Positions 51,178-61,965 are shown, counted from the stretch's first letter. The stretch is 64,000 nt of DNA from Alphaproteobacteria bacterium (GCA_030425825.1 JAUHZY010000001.1:1542834-1606833); one strand, 5' to 3'. Notes: generated by a model from the sequence alone, not told the origin. Translations and numbers: made by a program.

Positions 51178-52424
51178 GATAAATACTGTTTTGTTAGAAT
51201 TTTTCCTTGTTCAACAGCCGGCTGGTCAAACGGATTAACGTCAAGAAAATCTGCCATTAGAATGGTTTCAATCATAAACTGCATCAATAAACCACCCATT
51301 GTTTCTTCATCAAGGTGTGGAAGTCTAATTTCTCTGACAGGGCAGTTGTTTTCTTTTAGTACTTGTGTGATTGCACGTTGTTCGGCATCCATCAAATCAC
51401 CAATTGTTTTGCCTTCAAGATAGTTTATTTTTTCAGGACAGTCTGAGAAGTGAATCGCTTGCCCTTTTTGCTTTTGGTCAAGCGTGATAACTGTGAAGAT
51501 TTTATCTTTTGGCCCATCAAGCCACAGCTGTAACTGGCTGTGTTGATCAACAGTTCCCAGTGCAGGAACAGGGTTTGACCCTTTTCCACTTTTTCCAATG
51601 CTTTCTGCCCAAAGCTGTCGAAACCACAGGCCTAAATAATTTAACCTGTCTGCATAATAAAGCATGACTGTTGATGTTTTTTGATGATGTTTAAGAAATA
51701 AAAAGTTATATAAGGCCCCTTGAAGGATGTGATTATTCGCTTCAGATTTAAACTCATTGAGACATTTTTCCGCACCCATTAATATTTGGTCGATATTAAG
51801 GCCAGAAAGCAGAGCAGGTAAAAGGCCAACATTCGAAAATACAGAATACCGTCCACCAATTTCAAGGTGGTGGTTTAGGGTGTAAATTCCTTCTTGGGCA
51901 GCGATGGTTTTAAGTGAGCTCGTTTTGTCTTCTGTAATAATTAAACATTGTTTGTATGCGCTTTCACCAACATAAGACTGTAGCCATTGATAGAAAATGG
52001 AGAAAACAGAGAGTGTTTCTGCTGTTTCACCAGATTTCGAAATAGCAATAATAGCTGTTTTTTTAGGATCAGAGTCTTTGATGACTTGTTCAATCGTATC
52101 AAAGTCTGTGTTTTCAATAAAGTTTAAAGAAGCAAGATTGTTTTTTGAGAGGCCACAAAGCATTTTGCCGCCGAGGCTTGAGCCTCCTGTGCCAATAATG
52201 AGGAAATTGTTAAATGCGTCAAGATGCTCCTTTGCAGCATTAATTTCTTCCAAAGCATTTTTGTCTGAAACAATTTCTAGTGGTGCATAGCTTTGAGACA
52301 TGAAATGCTCGTAGACAGACTTTGCGTGTGAATGCCCTTCTTGTTCTATGGCGTCAGTAAAAAACACTTCCCCGTCAGGTTTATGCTGAAAACCACTGAT
52401 TATTTGCTCATTAAGCTTTGACAC
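51174..52424 (-). CDS. pgi: Glucose-6-phosphate isomerase
   Basis: GTGGSSLG, ISKSGETAET, GGRYSV, QLWAESIGK, PFDQPAVEQGK. Confidence 0.93.
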   Translation of the reverse strand: MSKLNEQIISGFQHKPDGEVFFTDAIEQEGHSHAKSVYEHFMSQSYAPLEIVSDKNALEEINAAKEHLDAFNNFLIIGTGGSSLGGKMLCGLSKNNLASLNFIENTDFDTIEQVIKDSDPKKTAIIAISKSGETAETLSVFSIFYQWLQSYVGESAYKQCLIITEDKTSSLKTIAAQEGIYTLNHHLEIGGRYSVFSNVGLLPALLSGLNIDQILMGAEKCLNEFKSEANNHILQGALYNFLFLKHHQKTSTVMLYYADRLNYLGLWFRQLWAESIGKSGKGSNPVPALGTVDQHSQLQLWLDGPKDKIFTVITLDQKQKGQAIHFSDCPEKINYLEGKTIGDLMDAEQRAITQVLKENNCPVREIRLPHLDEETMGGLLMQFMIETILMADFLDVNPFDQPAVEQGKILTKQYLS

Positions 52425-52576
52425 GTTTCTAAATCCTTAAATTCTGTTCGGATATATCTATCTGAAATTTTGATCAAGGACAACATTGTCATTGATAATC
52501 TTGCCTGTTTCTGTTAAATATAACAATATATAGTGTTTTTAACGCGTTATCAGATCAAGATATTCGATCATGAAAG

Positions 52577-53422
52577 GTGAATATGGTTCAAGCTGTTCGG
52601 GCCGAAGACTGGAAAAAAGCATTAAGAGAAACGCATCTTAAGAATCAGCAGAAAAGGGACCACGATGTGCGTGGCCTTACCAAGTATTCTTATATTGTTC
52701 CTTGTTCTTCTCGTTTTCGTGATCAAATTATGGCTTTGGCAAGGCGTCGCAATGTCTCTCCAGGTGACCTGGCAAAGGCTGCGCTTCTTCTTGTGCCTAT
52801 GAAAATGATCGAGAATTACACAGACCCAGGTGAGCCGTTGACGCATGACCGTGAGCGCGTTGTTTTAAAGTCGGGCGTTTCAAAGGGCCGACGTTTGATT
52901 CGAAAGCCTCGTTTGCAAGTCCGTATGTCAGCAGGGTATGATATTGAAACGTTACGTAAGGCTTTAGCTTTAGCATATGCCATTGATCGTGGTGATGTTC
53001 CGTTGCTCAGGACAATGCCGCCAAAAGCACATCTTTCAACAGCGGAAGTGCCTCCTCAAAAAGCACAAAACGAGAATAAAAAGGTCATCCAAAAAGAAGT
53101 TATTGTTCAAAAGGATCCTGAAACAGATCTTTTAAGGCAGAAATATCATAAAGCACAAGAAAAGATAGAGCAGTTAAAGGCTTCATTGTCTGTTTTGGCT
53201 TTTGATCCGATCAGTGGTGGTGTGAAAACACGACAGGATGCATTGTTTGTTCTAGGGTTTGGGGTTAATGACCGTCCTAGTTTATCAACAGTGAAGTCAA
53301 AGTTTAAAATGTTGGCAATGATTTTTCATCCAGATGCTCCATTTGGTGATCATAACCGCATGACGCAATTAAACGCTGCGAAGAACGTTTTAGAAAAACA
53401 CCCTCTCACATCAAGGCATTAA
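52577..53422 (+). CDS. Protein with C-terminal J-domain
   Basis: FKMLAMIFHPD...MTQLNAA J-domain after a coiled coil. N-terminal domain unassigned. Confidence 0.8.
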   Translation: MNMVQAVRAEDWKKALRETHLKNQQKRDHDVRGLTKYSYIVPCSSRFRDQIMALARRRNVSPGDLAKAALLLVPMKMIENYTDPGEPLTHDRERVVLKSGVSKGRRLIRKPRLQVRMSAGYDIETLRKALALAYAIDRGDVPLLRTMPPKAHLSTAEVPPQKAQNENKKVIQKEVIVQKDPETDLLRQKYHKAQEKIEQLKASLSVLAFDPISGGVKTRQDALFVLGFGVNDRPSLSTVKSKFKMLAMIFHPDAPFGDHNRMTQLNAAKNVLEKHPLTSRH

Positions 53423-54382
53423 ACGACTAAGCGGGACGACAACAAATTCTTTATCGTTTAGGGATGACATCCACTTATAAAGTGCATTAAAGGTTTTCTT
53501 TCTAGGGTGTCCAATGCCAACAGCCTGGCCATTTTGACGCGCTTTTTCTTCCAGTTTTTTCAGCTGTGCAAGAATCTTTTCTTCGTCATCAACATTGTCC
53601 AAAAAAACATCTCTTTCAATCGCACGTACACCATTTTTTAGCGCCTGATGATACCCATAACTTTGCGGTGTTGTGCGGGAATCAAGAAAAAGCAGCTTCT
53701 TTTTCTTGAGTGTTTTCATGACGATTTCCATGCTATTTGGCTGTGCCGTGAACTTACTTCCCATATGATTATTAATGCCAACATACCCATCAAACTGGGC
53801 AAGGTTCCACTCAAGGTTCTGCATGATTTCTGGGGCACTGTCTTTTACTTTTAGTGTGTGCGGGCCAGAATCGACACTTTCATTTAAGGGTTCCATGGGA
53901 ACGTGAACCCATAGCTCGTGGCCTTTTTCCAAAGCTTTTTTTGTTTTTTCTTGAATGTCACGTCCATAGGGAAGAAAGGCTAATGTAATTTCTTTTGGCA
54001 ACTTAATAGCTTCTTTTGTTATCGATTTACCAAGACCCACATCGTCAATGACAATAGCAATCAAATTCTTTTTGGGTCCCTTTTTAACTTTTTGACCCAG
54101 TTGTATTTTTGGAATTTTAAGCCCTTCTTGACCCTTTAATACCCATGGTTTAGGTGGAATTGGTGGCTGGATTGGCAGTTTTTCTATTGCAACTTTATCG
54201 GCATATGATCTATCGAGCACCTCGCTAGGTGGTTTTGATGGTGAGAAAATAAGAACCGATAACGTTAATAAAACAGCGCAAATGCACAACAAAAAAACGG
54301 TTCGTTTTTTAGGATCGAGCGAAAAAAAGGCATCAGAGCATTTTTTTAAAAGATTTTTTAGCGTAGAAAGTGTATTTTTCAT
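53411..54382 (-). CDS. Divergent polysaccharide deacetylase (YibQ family)
   Basis: IAIVIDDVG, HVPMEP, NNHMGS, FLDSRT, RDVFLD, IGHP. N-terminal TM. Confidence 0.93.
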   Translation of the reverse strand: MKNTLSTLKNLLKKCSDAFFSLDPKKRTVFLLCICAVLLTLSVLIFSPSKPPSEVLDRSYADKVAIEKLPIQPPIPPKPWVLKGQEGLKIPKIQLGQKVKKGPKKNLIAIVIDDVGLGKSITKEAIKLPKEITLAFLPYGRDIQEKTKKALEKGHELWVHVPMEPLNESVDSGPHTLKVKDSAPEIMQNLEWNLAQFDGYVGINNHMGSKFTAQPNSMEIVMKTLKKKKLLFLDSRTTPQSYGYHQALKNGVRAIERDVFLDNVDDEEKILAQLKKLEEKARQNGQAVGIGHPRKKTFNALYKWMSSLNDKEFVVVPLSRLMP

Positions 54383-54419
54383 GTCTTCTATTTTTTTATT
54401 AAGTTAAGAAAGCAGCATA

Positions 54420-55442
54420 ATGTCATTGTCAGAAGAATTCAAAGCTTGTTTACGTCAAATAATGCAAAAAACATCATTATCAGAAGATGAAATGCGTTCT
54501 TGTTTTAAAGCTGTGATGTCTGGTCAGATTGACGATGTGCTTCTTTCAAGTTTTTTAACAGCCTTGGCTATGAAGGGTGAAGACGCTTGTGATGTTGCTG
54601 CTGCTGTTTCTGTGATGAAAGAAAATGCGCTGTCTTTTAAAACGCCTGCTGGATCGATTGATGTTTGTGGCACAGGGGGTGATGGGTTGGGCACATATAA
54701 CATTTCAACAGCTGTTGCCTTTGTTTTGGCCGCCGCAGGTGTGCCGGTTGCTAAGCATGGAAATAAATCTGTTTCTTCAAAATCAGGTTCTTCAGAGGTG
54801 CTTTCAGCGCTTGGTGTGAATATAGATGTTTCTCCTGAGAAAATGGAGAAAATACTTGATAAAATAAACATCTGTTTTATTTATGCGCCGCTTTATCATA
54901 GCGCGATGAAGCATGTTGCTTCTGTCAGGGCCACATTAGGTTTTCGGACTATTTTCAATTTGGTAGGACCGCTTTCAAACCCTGGGAATGTTGATTTTCA
55001 ATTGATTGGTGTTTTTAAAGAAGAGCTTTGTCCTGTTTTTGCAGAGGTTCTGAAATTGCGTGGTATGAAGCGTGCGATGATTGTCCATGGCGCAGATGGT
55101 CTGGATGAAGCCAGTGTGACAGGCCCTTCTTATTGCACGTTATTAGATGGCGATCAAATAACATATAAAGAAATTTCACCCCAAGACTTTGGTTTGAAGC
55201 AATGGAAAATAGATGATTTAATAGGTGGAAACCCTCAGTATAACGCACAGGCCATGCGTGGTATATTTGAGGGCGATAAAAATGCTTATCGTGACGCTGT
55301 TGTTTTGAATGCAGCCGTGGGTCTTTTTGTCGCAGAAAAGGTGGACTCAATCGCAGTTGGGGTTGAAAAAGCGCAAAGCTTACTTGATTGTGGGCTTGTG
55401 TTAGAAAAACTAGAAGCATTAAAGGTGGAAACAAATGAGTGA
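54420..55442 (+). CDS. trpD: Anthranilate phosphoribosyltransferase
   Basis: DVCGTGGDG, NISTA, KHGN, RTIFNLVGP. Confidence 0.97.
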   Translation: MSLSEEFKACLRQIMQKTSLSEDEMRSCFKAVMSGQIDDVLLSSFLTALAMKGEDACDVAAAVSVMKENALSFKTPAGSIDVCGTGGDGLGTYNISTAVAFVLAAAGVPVAKHGNKSVSSKSGSSEVLSALGVNIDVSPEKMEKILDKINICFIYAPLYHSAMKHVASVRATLGFRTIFNLVGPLSNPGNVDFQLIGVFKEELCPVFAEVLKLRGMKRAMIVHGADGLDEASVTGPSYCTLLDGDQITYKEISPQDFGLKQWKIDDLIGGNPQYNAQAMRGIFEGDKNAYRDAVVLNAAVGLFVAEKVDSIAVGVEKAQSLLDCGLVLEKLEALKVETNE

Positions 55443-56226
55443 TGTTTTAACAAAAATATGTGCAACAAAAAGCGAATATGTTGCAGAACAAAAAACAAAA
55501 GTGACGTTAGAAGAGCTAAAAAATCAGATTAATCATCAATCTGCGGCAAGAGGCTTCTACACTGCTTTGAAAAGCAAAAGTGAGAGCGGGTTGGGCGTTA
55601 TTGCCGAGATCAAAAAAGCCTCTCCAAGTAAGGGGTTGATAAGAGAAGATTTTGATCCACCATCTTTGGCGGCTTCATATGAAAAAGGCGGTGCTGCATG
55701 TTTGTCGGTTCTGACTGACCAGCCTTATTTTCAAGGATCAGATGATTATTTAAAGCAGGCGCGTTCTGCTGCTTCACTTCCTGTTTTACGAAAAGACTTT
55801 ATGATTGATTTGTATCAAGTTTATGAGTCACGTGCCATGGGTGCTGACTGTATTTTGTTAATTATGGCGGCATTATCCGATGGGCAAGCCCAAGAACTAG
55901 AATCTTTGGCGATGGAGCTGGGGATGGATGTTCTTGTTGAAATTCATAATGAAGCAGAATGTGAAAGAGCACTGAAGCTTTCTTCTCCTTTAATTGGTGT
56001 AAATAACCGAAACCTAAAAACGCTTGAGGTCGATTTGGTTGTGACAAAAGAAATCTCACCAATGATTCCATCTGACCGCCTTGTTGTTTGTGAGAGCGGC
56101 CTTTACACGCATCAGGATCTTGCATCTATGGCTGCAATAGGTGTGCGATCATTCTTGATTGGTGAGTCTTTAATGCGTCAAGAAAACGTTGAGATGGCTC
56201 TTAAGACCTTAATATCTGGGCATTGA
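55435..56226 (+). CDS. trpC: Indole-3-glycerol phosphate synthase
   Basis: IAEIKKASPSKG, LSVLTD, LRKDF, GVNNRNL. Confidence 0.97.
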   Translation: MSDVLTKICATKSEYVAEQKTKVTLEELKNQINHQSAARGFYTALKSKSESGLGVIAEIKKASPSKGLIREDFDPPSLAASYEKGGAACLSVLTDQPYFQGSDDYLKQARSAASLPVLRKDFMIDLYQVYESRAMGADCILLIMAALSDGQAQELESLAMELGMDVLVEIHNEAECERALKLSSPLIGVNNRNLKTLEVDLVVTKEISPMIPSDRLVVCESGLYTHQDLASMAAIGVRSFLIGESLMRQENVEMALKTLISGH

Positions 56227-56228
56227 GC

Positions 56229-56257
56229 TTGACGTTTGATAAACAATCCTCTAAACA
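56229..56257 (+). promoter_or_regulatory. Putative sigma70 promoter for infA
   Basis: TTGACG-N17-TAAACA. Confidence 0.4.
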
Positions 56258-56282
56258 GGGGAGCGTATTTTAAGGAAACAAG

Positions 56283-56504
56283 ATGGCAAAAGAAGAATTA
56301 TTAAAATTTCCAGGTATCGTGAATGAGATCCTTCCAAACGCGATGTTTCGTGTGGAGTTAGAAGAAAATGGCCACGTTGTGCTGGCGCATACTTCTGGTA
56401 AAATGAGAAAGAATCGTATTCGTATTCTGGTTGGCGACCGTGTCGATATTGAGATGACCCCTTATGACTTGTCTAAAGGGCGCATTGTTTACAGACATAA
56501 ATAA
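56283..56504 (+). CDS. infA: Translation initiation factor IF-1
   Basis: [23 protein letters not shown]. Confidence 0.98.
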   Translation: MAKEELLKFPGIVNEILPNAMFRVELEENGHVVLAHTSGKMRKNRIRILVGDRVDIEMTPYDLSKGRIVYRHK

Positions 56505-56509
56505 TCACG

Positions 56510-57631
56510 ATGATTGAGCGTGCAATTTTACTAGGTCATGACGGTTGTCATGCACTGGTTTTGTGTGATGGCGCTGAGATCAAGGATTTTGTTTTTATAG
56601 AAAAAACAAGGCTCTATCAAATATATTTGGGGCGTGTCACAGCCGTTCGTGGTGACATGAATGCGGCTTTTATTGATATTGGCGGCACTTCTGTTTTTTT
56701 GAATCTAGAGAAAAATATTTTAACAAACTTGTCCGAAGGGCAGAGAATATTTGTTCAAATTATCCGTGAAGCTGATGGTGATAAAGCGCCCCAGGTGACA
56801 ACAGACATTAAGCTTTTTTCACGACATTTATTGTTTTTCCCTCATCAAGATTTTATAAAATTCTCGCACAGCTTTTCAGGCGATCAAGATACCTTTATTT
56901 CAGCCTGCCCAAAAGAGCCAGGTGGTGTTCTTGTGCGCTCTCGGTGCGACTCTACAGAAAAAATGATAAAATCATACCAACATCTTTTGGCACAATGGAA
57001 AGATATGAAATCACAAAAAGAAGGATTGGTTTATAAGCCGGATATGTTGTCATTGGCATTGCATGACTTGGATGAAAATATCAAAATATCTGTCTTTAAG
57101 GCTGCACATACTCACGATATTGACACGTATAATAAAGTGCATCACGCTGGTTTTTCTGCAGTCTTTGAACTAGATGCTAAATCTTATGGCTTGTATGAGG
57201 TTGACGCTTTTCTAGAACGTTTATTCGATCCGCATATTTCAACAGAATCAGGGGCAGCTTTATGGTTCGAGAAAACAAAACTGGGTACTGTGATTGATGT
57301 TGATCGATCGCATTTTTTACAGCAACAACAGTCTAAATCTTTTTCATCTTTGCAGGTGAATCTTTCTGTTCTTCCAAGACTTTTCCAACACATTAAGTGG
57401 CGCAGTGTTGGTGGTATTATACTTGTTGATTTCTTGCGGATGAAGAAGGCAGAGGCACAAAGATTTCAGTTAAGTCTAGAACAGCATCTAAGAAAAGATA
57501 AAGCGTTGCGTTTTCTGGGGGTGTCACATGCGGGGCTTTATGAGTTTGTACGCACGAAAACAGGTCTATCCTTGGATCAGAGTTATAGCTTTAATGACCT
57601 GCAAGACATGCTGAAGCCACGCGATATTTAG
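56510..57631 (+). CDS. Divergent ribonuclease E/G-family protein
   Basis: S1-like IYLGRV...AAFIDIG. Catalytic-type VIDVD and GGIILVDF. Confidence 0.8.
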   Translation: MIERAILLGHDGCHALVLCDGAEIKDFVFIEKTRLYQIYLGRVTAVRGDMNAAFIDIGGTSVFLNLEKNILTNLSEGQRIFVQIIREADGDKAPQVTTDIKLFSRHLLFFPHQDFIKFSHSFSGDQDTFISACPKEPGGVLVRSRCDSTEKMIKSYQHLLAQWKDMKSQKEGLVYKPDMLSLALHDLDENIKISVFKAAHTHDIDTYNKVHHAGFSAVFELDAKSYGLYEVDAFLERLFDPHISTESGAALWFEKTKLGTVIDVDRSHFLQQQQSKSFSSLQVNLSVLPRLFQHIKWRSVGGIILVDFLRMKKAEAQRFQLSLEQHLRKDKALRFLGVSHAGLYEFVRTKTGLSLDQSYSFNDLQDMLKPRDI

Positions 57632-58454
57632 GATGCTCTTTTTGTAAGTGAGCCGCTGCTTCTTGTGCAAGCTGTTTGCTTTGGAAAATACCAAAACATG
57701 TAGAGCCACTTCCTGTCATCGCGGAGAAGTCACATGACGGAAGTGTATTGAGAATATCTAGAATAATTTTAATTTCTGGGGTCAGGGCGCAAGCCGCTTT
57801 CTGTAGATCATTTCTTCTGAGGCCCAACCATTCAATAAAGCGATTGTAAGTTGTTGGGTATTGGTCATGTGCCATGTTTGGTGTGAAGTCGCCTTGCCTC
57901 TTTTGATAAACTTCTATTGTTGATGACCCAAGGTTCGGGTTAACCAATACAAAGTACATAGGGGGGAGAGGGGTGTTGTATATTTCTAGATCTGTTCCCG
58001 TTCCTGTTTTAAGGGCAGTTTTTGAGACAAGACACACAGGAATGTCCGAGCCAATTTGAGCACCAACGCTTATGAGGGTTTCTTGTTCAAGTCCCAGGTT
58101 GAAAAGTGTGTTCAATGCTTTGAGGGTTCCCGCTGCATTTGCAGATCCGCCTCCTAAACCACTTCCTAAAGGAATATTTTTGTTCACCTTTACATTAACA
58201 TTTAAAGGGCGCCCTACTTTTTTTTCTAGTCCTTTTATTGCTTTATATACAAGGTTGTCTTGTGTTCTTAGGCTTTGGAGTTCTTCTTGTCCAGTACCAT
58301 GTGTTGTTATGTTTATCGCTTCTGCTTTGTTGATTATTAAAGTGTCACCAAGGTCTAAGAAAACAGCCATGCTTTCTAGTAAGTGATATCCATTCTCTTT
58401 TTTGCCAGTAATATGCAGAAATAGATTTAGTTTTGCAGGACAAAAAATATTCAT
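57591..58454 (-). CDS. ispE: 4-diphosphocytidyl-2-C-methyl-D-erythritol kinase
   Basis: PAKLNLFLHI, GLGGGSANAA, MTGSGST. Confidence 0.96.
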   Translation of the reverse strand: MNIFCPAKLNLFLHITGKKENGYHLLESMAVFLDLGDTLIINKAEAINITTHGTGQEELQSLRTQDNLVYKAIKGLEKKVGRPLNVNVKVNKNIPLGSGLGGGSANAAGTLKALNTLFNLGLEQETLISVGAQIGSDIPVCLVSKTALKTGTGTDLEIYNTPLPPMYFVLVNPNLGSSTIEVYQKRQGDFTPNMAHDQYPTTYNRFIEWLGLRRNDLQKAACALTPEIKIILDILNTLPSCDFSAMTGSGSTCFGIFQSKQLAQEAAAHLQKEHPKYRVASACLAGH

Positions 58455-60106
58455 TTTTCTGTACTTTTAATTTTTTCTTGGATTTCTTGGCGAAGATCTT
58501 CATCTGGATCGAAACTCAAAGCTCGATTCCACTGGAAAATAGCTTCTTTTTGACGTCCTCCTGCAAGATAAGCATCTGCTAAATGGTCTGTAATGACAGC
58601 GTCATTTGGGACGTATTCCACGGCTTTTTCAAGGTACTTAATAGCTTTGTCGAATTTTTTTGTTTTGTAGTACGACCACCCTAGGCTATCTAAAATATAT
58701 CCATTATTTGGGGCAAGTTTCACAGCTTTTTTAAGGAGCTTTTCGCCTTCTTCTAAATTGATATTACGGTCTATCCAACTGTATCCAAGATAGTTAAGAA
58801 TATCAGGCTGGTCAGGATAAAGCTCGAGAGATTTTATAAGATCTTCCTCTGCTTCTTTCCATTTGCCCAATCTTTCTAAAACAATGCCACGGCCAAATAG
58901 AATAGGCACATGTTGTCTGTTTATTTGGTCAACATCTTTTAAGATTCTTTTATAAATAGTCAGCGCTTTTTCATAGGACTTTTCTGTGCGGTAATAATCT
59001 GCAAGCAAGAGGGGGACTTGAAGGTTTTGAGGATGTTTTTCTTCTAGTGTTTCGACCAGCCTTACCAGGCTCTTTTCATCTTTTTGTGCCTTTAGAATAT
59101 CTGCTTTGATAAGTTGTCCACGCAAATAGAAAGCAGTGTCTTGTGGAATGTTTTCAAGTGATTCTAGTGCTTTTTCGTATTGATTTGCTTTGCTGTACAA
59201 AGAAGCTGCCATCAGCAAAAGACCCTCGTCGTTCGGTTTGTAGTAAAGACCATAATTGTTAAAAATAATCGCTGTATTGAGGTTGAGACCGTCAATCAGC
59301 ATCAGTGTGATGTCGTAAAAACCTTCAACCATGACGTCATGGATATCTATTTCCTTTGATGTGAGGTGATAATTGGCAAAAAACTGGTCTGGCTTTTGTG
59401 CTAGCGCATCAGTTGGCTCATTGCTGTTTTCTGCATTCTCTTTGATATGAAAAAACTGATCTATTAAGACATAGAGTCTTTTAGACTTTAAAAGAGAAAG
59501 TGCTTTTTTAATTTCACTTTGTGCCTTTTTTTCTTCTTTGAAATAACTATGTAACAGGCTTTTGTGGATATGATGTAGAACTTTGTAAGAGACAAAATGT
59601 TTTAATTGTCCAATCGTCTTAAATGCCTCCTCTTTTTTTCCCATTCCTGCAAGCGACCAGCTTTCAGCAATGCTGACGATGGGGCCATATTTTATCGGGT
59701 CATTGCGAATTTGTTTGATATGGTTGTACGCTTTTTCGTGCTCACCTAGCTTCATATGTTTGATACCAAGTGTGAGGCGTCCCCAAAAAGATGAAGGATC
59801 ATATTTGATCGCACGATTGCTAAGTGTGACTGCGTTTTCTATGTCTCCATTTTCTAGTGTGATTTGGAGATTTTGATTTAAAACGATAATGTTTTGTGGG
59901 TTACTTTCTAAACTGTGTTCAAGAAAATCTTCAGCTTGTTTTTTGTTGCCGTCTTCATATGCAAATAATCCTGCTAGATACGATCCTGTCGCCGAGTTTG
60001 TAGAAAGCTGTTTGGGTTTCTCTGTATATTGATAATCAGTGTTGTTACGGCTTACACCACAAGATGCTGCAAGGATAATAAGACCTGAAATAAGAAGTTT
60101 TTTCAT
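58451..60106 (-). CDS. TPR-repeat lipoprotein
   Basis: Lipobox AASC, ILNYLGYSW, ILDSLGW. Usual neighbour of ispE. Confidence 0.88.
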   Translation of the reverse strand: MKKLLISGLIILAASCGVSRNNTDYQYTEKPKQLSTNSATGSYLAGLFAYEDGNKKQAEDFLEHSLESNPQNIIVLNQNLQITLENGDIENAVTLSNRAIKYDPSSFWGRLTLGIKHMKLGEHEKAYNHIKQIRNDPIKYGPIVSIAESWSLAGMGKKEEAFKTIGQLKHFVSYKVLHHIHKSLLHSYFKEEKKAQSEIKKALSLLKSKRLYVLIDQFFHIKENAENSNEPTDALAQKPDQFFANYHLTSKEIDIHDVMVEGFYDITLMLIDGLNLNTAIIFNNYGLYYKPNDEGLLLMAASLYSKANQYEKALESLENIPQDTAFYLRGQLIKADILKAQKDEKSLVRLVETLEEKHPQNLQVPLLLADYYRTEKSYEKALTIYKRILKDVDQINRQHVPILFGRGIVLERLGKWKEAEEDLIKSLELYPDQPDILNYLGYSWIDRNINLEEGEKLLKKAVKLAPNNGYILDSLGWSYYKTKKFDKAIKYLEKAVEYVPNDAVITDHLADAYLAGGRQKEAIFQWNRALSFDPDEDLRQEIQEKIKSTEK

Positions 60107-60183
60107 TTTTAATCCGTTTGATTCTTAATACAGAAAGTGTACCATAGAAGCCTGATACATGAATTTCAATTTTAAAGGGCATA

Positions 60184-61032
60184 TTGGTGCAAAATTATTC
60201 AGAAGCAGTCTTGCGATGGCACTTAGATATTGGTGTTGATGAGACGATTACGTCATCACCTGTCTCCAAGTTTAATACAGCTGATGCATTGTCAGGTGAA
60301 ACCACCGCTTCTGCACCTGCTGCGCCAGTGGTAGAATCTTTGCCATTAGCGACCAAGGACAACAGCTCGCTTCCAGACAAGTCTTTGGTGGCTCCTTTTT
60401 ATTCTGCAGAGGCTATCGCTGTGGAAGAAAAGCTTAAATCAATAAATACACTATCAGATTTAAAAGACTTCATAAATACATTTGATGGTTGTTCTTTAAA
60501 AAAGACGGCGACCAATACTGTTATTTCAAGGGGATCGGAAGCGTCCGAGTTGATGATCATCGGAGAAGCGCCTGGTGCTGATGAAGACCGAGAGGGGCTT
60601 CCTTTTGTTGGGCGTAGTGGCCAATTGTTAGATGCAATGCTTGCGGCTGCAGGCTTTGAAAAAGAACAAGCCTATATCACAAATATTGTTTTTTGGCGTC
60701 CGCCAGGCAATCGCAAGCCAAACCCTTCCGAGATAGGGCTTTGCTTGCCATTTGTGCGGCGACACATTGCCTTGAAAAAACCGAAGGCGATATTGCTTTT
60801 GGGAGGCGTGGCTGTGCAGTCTTTGTTTGGCGACCAAGATTTTGTACAAAACAAAGGCATTACAAAGCTAAGAGGTGACTGGATAGATTACACCTCAAAA
60901 GATTTAGAGACGTCCATTCCAACCATTGCCAGCTATCATCCGGCATATCTTCTCAGGACACCCATCGCAAAAAAACTGGCTTGGATGGACCTCTTAGAGC
61001 TTCAAGCGCGCCTTACACCAGTTCAAAAATAG
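60184..61032 (+). CDS. Uracil-DNA glycosylase, family 4
   Basis: IGEAPGADED, PFVGRSG, RPPGNR, YHPAYLLR. Confidence 0.94.
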   Translation: MVQNYSEAVLRWHLDIGVDETITSSPVSKFNTADALSGETTASAPAAPVVESLPLATKDNSSLPDKSLVAPFYSAEAIAVEEKLKSINTLSDLKDFINTFDGCSLKKTATNTVISRGSEASELMIIGEAPGADEDREGLPFVGRSGQLLDAMLAAAGFEKEQAYITNIVFWRPPGNRKPNPSEIGLCLPFVRRHIALKKPKAILLLGGVAVQSLFGDQDFVQNKGITKLRGDWIDYTSKDLETSIPTIASYHPAYLLRTPIAKKLAWMDLLELQARLTPVQK

Positions 61033-61492
61033 CATCGACTTCGACGGCAACGCCGCGTGGTAGCGAGGGAGCACCTACGGCAAATCTTGCATGCGTGCCT
61101 TTTTCTTCAAACACACTTGCAATCATATCTGAGGCACCGTTGATAACTTTTGGTTGATCTGTGAAGTCAGGTGTGCATGCGACAAACCCGCCTAGTTTAA
61201 TGCATCTTTTTACTTTAAGTAGGTCGCCTTCACAGGCTTCTTTAAGTTGGGCAATAATATTGAGGGCGCAAAGTTGCGCTGCATCAACAGCTTCGTCTAC
61301 TGAAACATTTTTTCCTACAGTGCCAATAAACTTTATGTCCCCATTTAAAACAGGTATTTGTCCAGAAATATAAACTGTTTTTCCGCTTATAACATAAGGA
61401 ACATAATTAGCCGCAGGAGTGCTGGCATTTGGTAGGGTAATACCAAGAGAAGTAATGCGTTGGTCGATTTGATTTGTCATTTTTGTCTCCAT
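61013..61492 (-). CDS. RidA/YjgF-family protein
   Basis: ANYVPY, ISGQIP, HARFAVG, VEVDA. Confidence 0.92.
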   Translation of the reverse strand: METKMTNQIDQRITSLGITLPNASTPAANYVPYVISGKTVYISGQIPVLNGDIKFIGTVGKNVSVDEAVDAAQLCALNIIAQLKEACEGDLLKVKRCIKLGGFVACTPDFTDQPKVINGASDMIASVFEEKGTHARFAVGAPSLPRGVAVEVDAIFELV

Positions 61493-61521
61493 CCAATAAC
61501 GTGTTTAAGAGGATATAAAAC

Positions 61522-61965
61522 ATGTTTAAAGTACTTTCGCAAACCTTACCAGGCCTAACCGATAAGTTTTTTCGGAAAAAAGGGTTTTTTGACCCCAAAC
61601 TTGTCACATGCTGGCACGATATTGTTGGACAAGACCTTGCAGCCGTTATTTTGCCCGAGAAACTTGTGACTTCCTTGGCAAAGGATGGTGCAAAGCGTGG
61701 GGTTTTACACCTTAAGGTGTCTCCGGCATTCTCTTTGGAGGCGCAGCATTTAGAAGGCGTGATTGTCGAGAAAGTGAATCAATTTCTTGGATACAAAGCT
61801 GTTGATAGAATTATGTTACAGCAAGCTGTTATGACGCAAACTGATTCAAATAAAAAAAGATTCCAACCAGCTAAAAAACAGCCTATAAACTTAGAAGGTT
61901 TTAAAGATGATAATCTTCAGTCTTCATTGGAAAAGTTGTCGCAATATGTGATAAGTGACGACTGA
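61522..61965 (+). CDS. DUF721/DciA-family protein
   Basis: WHDIVG, LEAQH, VNQFLGYKAV. Confidence 0.85.
   Translation: MFKVLSQTLPGLTDKFFRKKGFFDPKLVTCWHDIVGQDLAAVILPEKLVTSLAKDGAKRGVLHLKVSPAFSLEAQHLEGVIVEKVNQFLGYKAVDRIMLQQAVMTQTDSNKKRFQPAKKQPINLEGFKDDNLQSSLEKLSQYVISDD

Noticed and set aside
60184-61032. Family-4 UDG lacking some Fe-S cysteines (FDGC, WRPP)
   Set aside because: This variant pattern is, to my knowledge, common in alphaproteobacterial homologues.
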